From Nitrospirota bacterium (lineage in GTDB: Bacteria > Nitrospirota > UBA9217), in the NCBI GenBank assembly GCA_963749655.1, contig CAVVOB010000015.1, forward strand, positions 64,001 through 128,000: a stretch of 64,000 nucleotides of DNA, in the 5' to 3' direction. Under the pieces are notes generated by a model. It was not told the origin of the DNA, did not search any database, and saw only the letters and a list, made by a program, of their open reading frames with translations. Below are positions 63,248 to 64,000 of this stretch, piece after piece (position 1 is the stretch's first letter; each line of letters starts with the position of its first letter). The translations under genes were made by a program, and so were the position numbers.

Positions 63248-64000
63248 TTATTGCAAATTAATCCCGGCCGCTGCAGCCTCGCAGGAGTTTGCATAGGAGT
63301 TCCCATCGCAACCCAGCACCGGATTATAAAACGACAAACACAACCCGGGGCGCTGTGAACATGCCCCCGTTCCTTCACAATCGCCTGACGTTTTTGCGCA
63401 ATATTGCGTCGAAAGGCATTCAACATTCGTAATGCATCCTGTCGGCGCCGGAGGTGCTGCGCAATTCCCTTTGCTTGCGATGGCAATGCCTGAGACTGCA
63501 GCCTCGCATTCGCTTGAATAGGTTGTGCCGTTGCACCCACAGACCGGATCTGCCGCTTGGACGCAAAGCGACGGCCGTGCCGTGCAGGAACCCTGGCCGG
63601 TGCAGTCTCCCAGCCCTTTGGTGCAATATTCGCCGGCAGTGCATTGCGAATTGTCAAGACAAGCGGTCGGCTGAGGAGGCATAACTACGCAGGCGCCCAG
63701 AGAGGTAACGGACACACCTGCGACAGCGGCTTCACATTCATTTGCATATGTGCTGCCGTCGCAGCCGCATACCGGATCATAATTCTGAAGACAACCGATC
63801 GGCCGGGATCCGCATGTTCCCTGGTCCGGGCAGCTCCCCACGGCCTTCACACAATATTCTCCGCTGCCGCACTGGCTGTTGTCCGCGCAGGAAACAGGTG
63901 GCGGCGGAGTAATCTGGCAGGCCCCTTTAAAAAGAAGGTTCGCGCCCGCCAGCGCTGCAACACAGTCGTTGGAGTAGGTTACGCCGTCGCAGCCGCAAAC
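63248..64000 (-). CDS. Cys-rich Kazal-type repeat protein (5' end outside window)
   Basis: Tandem repeats C..NSQC..GEYC.K..G.C...G.C..RP..C....PVCGCDG.TY.N.CEA with Pro linkers. Confidence 0.8.
   Translation of the reverse strand, partial: VCGCDGVTYSNDCVAALAGANLLFKGACQITPPPPVSCADNSQCGSGEYCVKAVGSCPDQGTCGSRPIGCLQNYDPVCGCDGSTYANECEAAVAGVSVTSLGACVVMPPQPTACLDNSQCTAGEYCTKGLGDCTGQGSCTARPSLCVQAADPVCGCNGTTYSSECEAAVSGIAIASKGNCAAPPAPTGCITNVECLSTQYCAKTSGDCEGTGACSQRPGLCLSFYNPVLGCDGNSYANSCEAAAAGINLQ

Overview
A GC-rich bacterial chromosome segment. The gene content (multiheme cytochromes, sigma54 regulation, A-adding tRNA nucleotidyltransferase) resembles Nitrospirota or Desulfobacterota, but taxonomy is inferred, not proven. 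It carries many single-base frameshifts, including in essential genes, probably from long-read assembly. Housekeeping blocks are archaeal-type pheS/pheT, queA, xerD and a PyrR-attenuated pyrR-pyrB-pyrC-carA-carB-greA-pyrK-pyrD operon with an intact IS4-family element. The standout is a 14 kb minus-strand locus (14556-28330). It encodes a secreted FliF-ring (RBM3)/FliG fusion, MotA, two different MotB subunits (one lacking the essential Asp) and a TPR protein. These are followed by five multiheme cytochromes (about 54 heme motifs, one with an OmpA domain) and two NHL-repeat lipoproteins, with no flagellar export, rod, hook or filament genes. Its two operons share a matching sigma54 promoter, IHF site and palindromic enhancer layout, and a heme-sensing kinase/sigma54 activator pair lies next door. 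This is a candidate flagellum-independent rotary motor linked to a cytochrome system. Intergenic DNA is rich in 9-bp and 7-bp periodic inverted repeats, MITEs and REPs.
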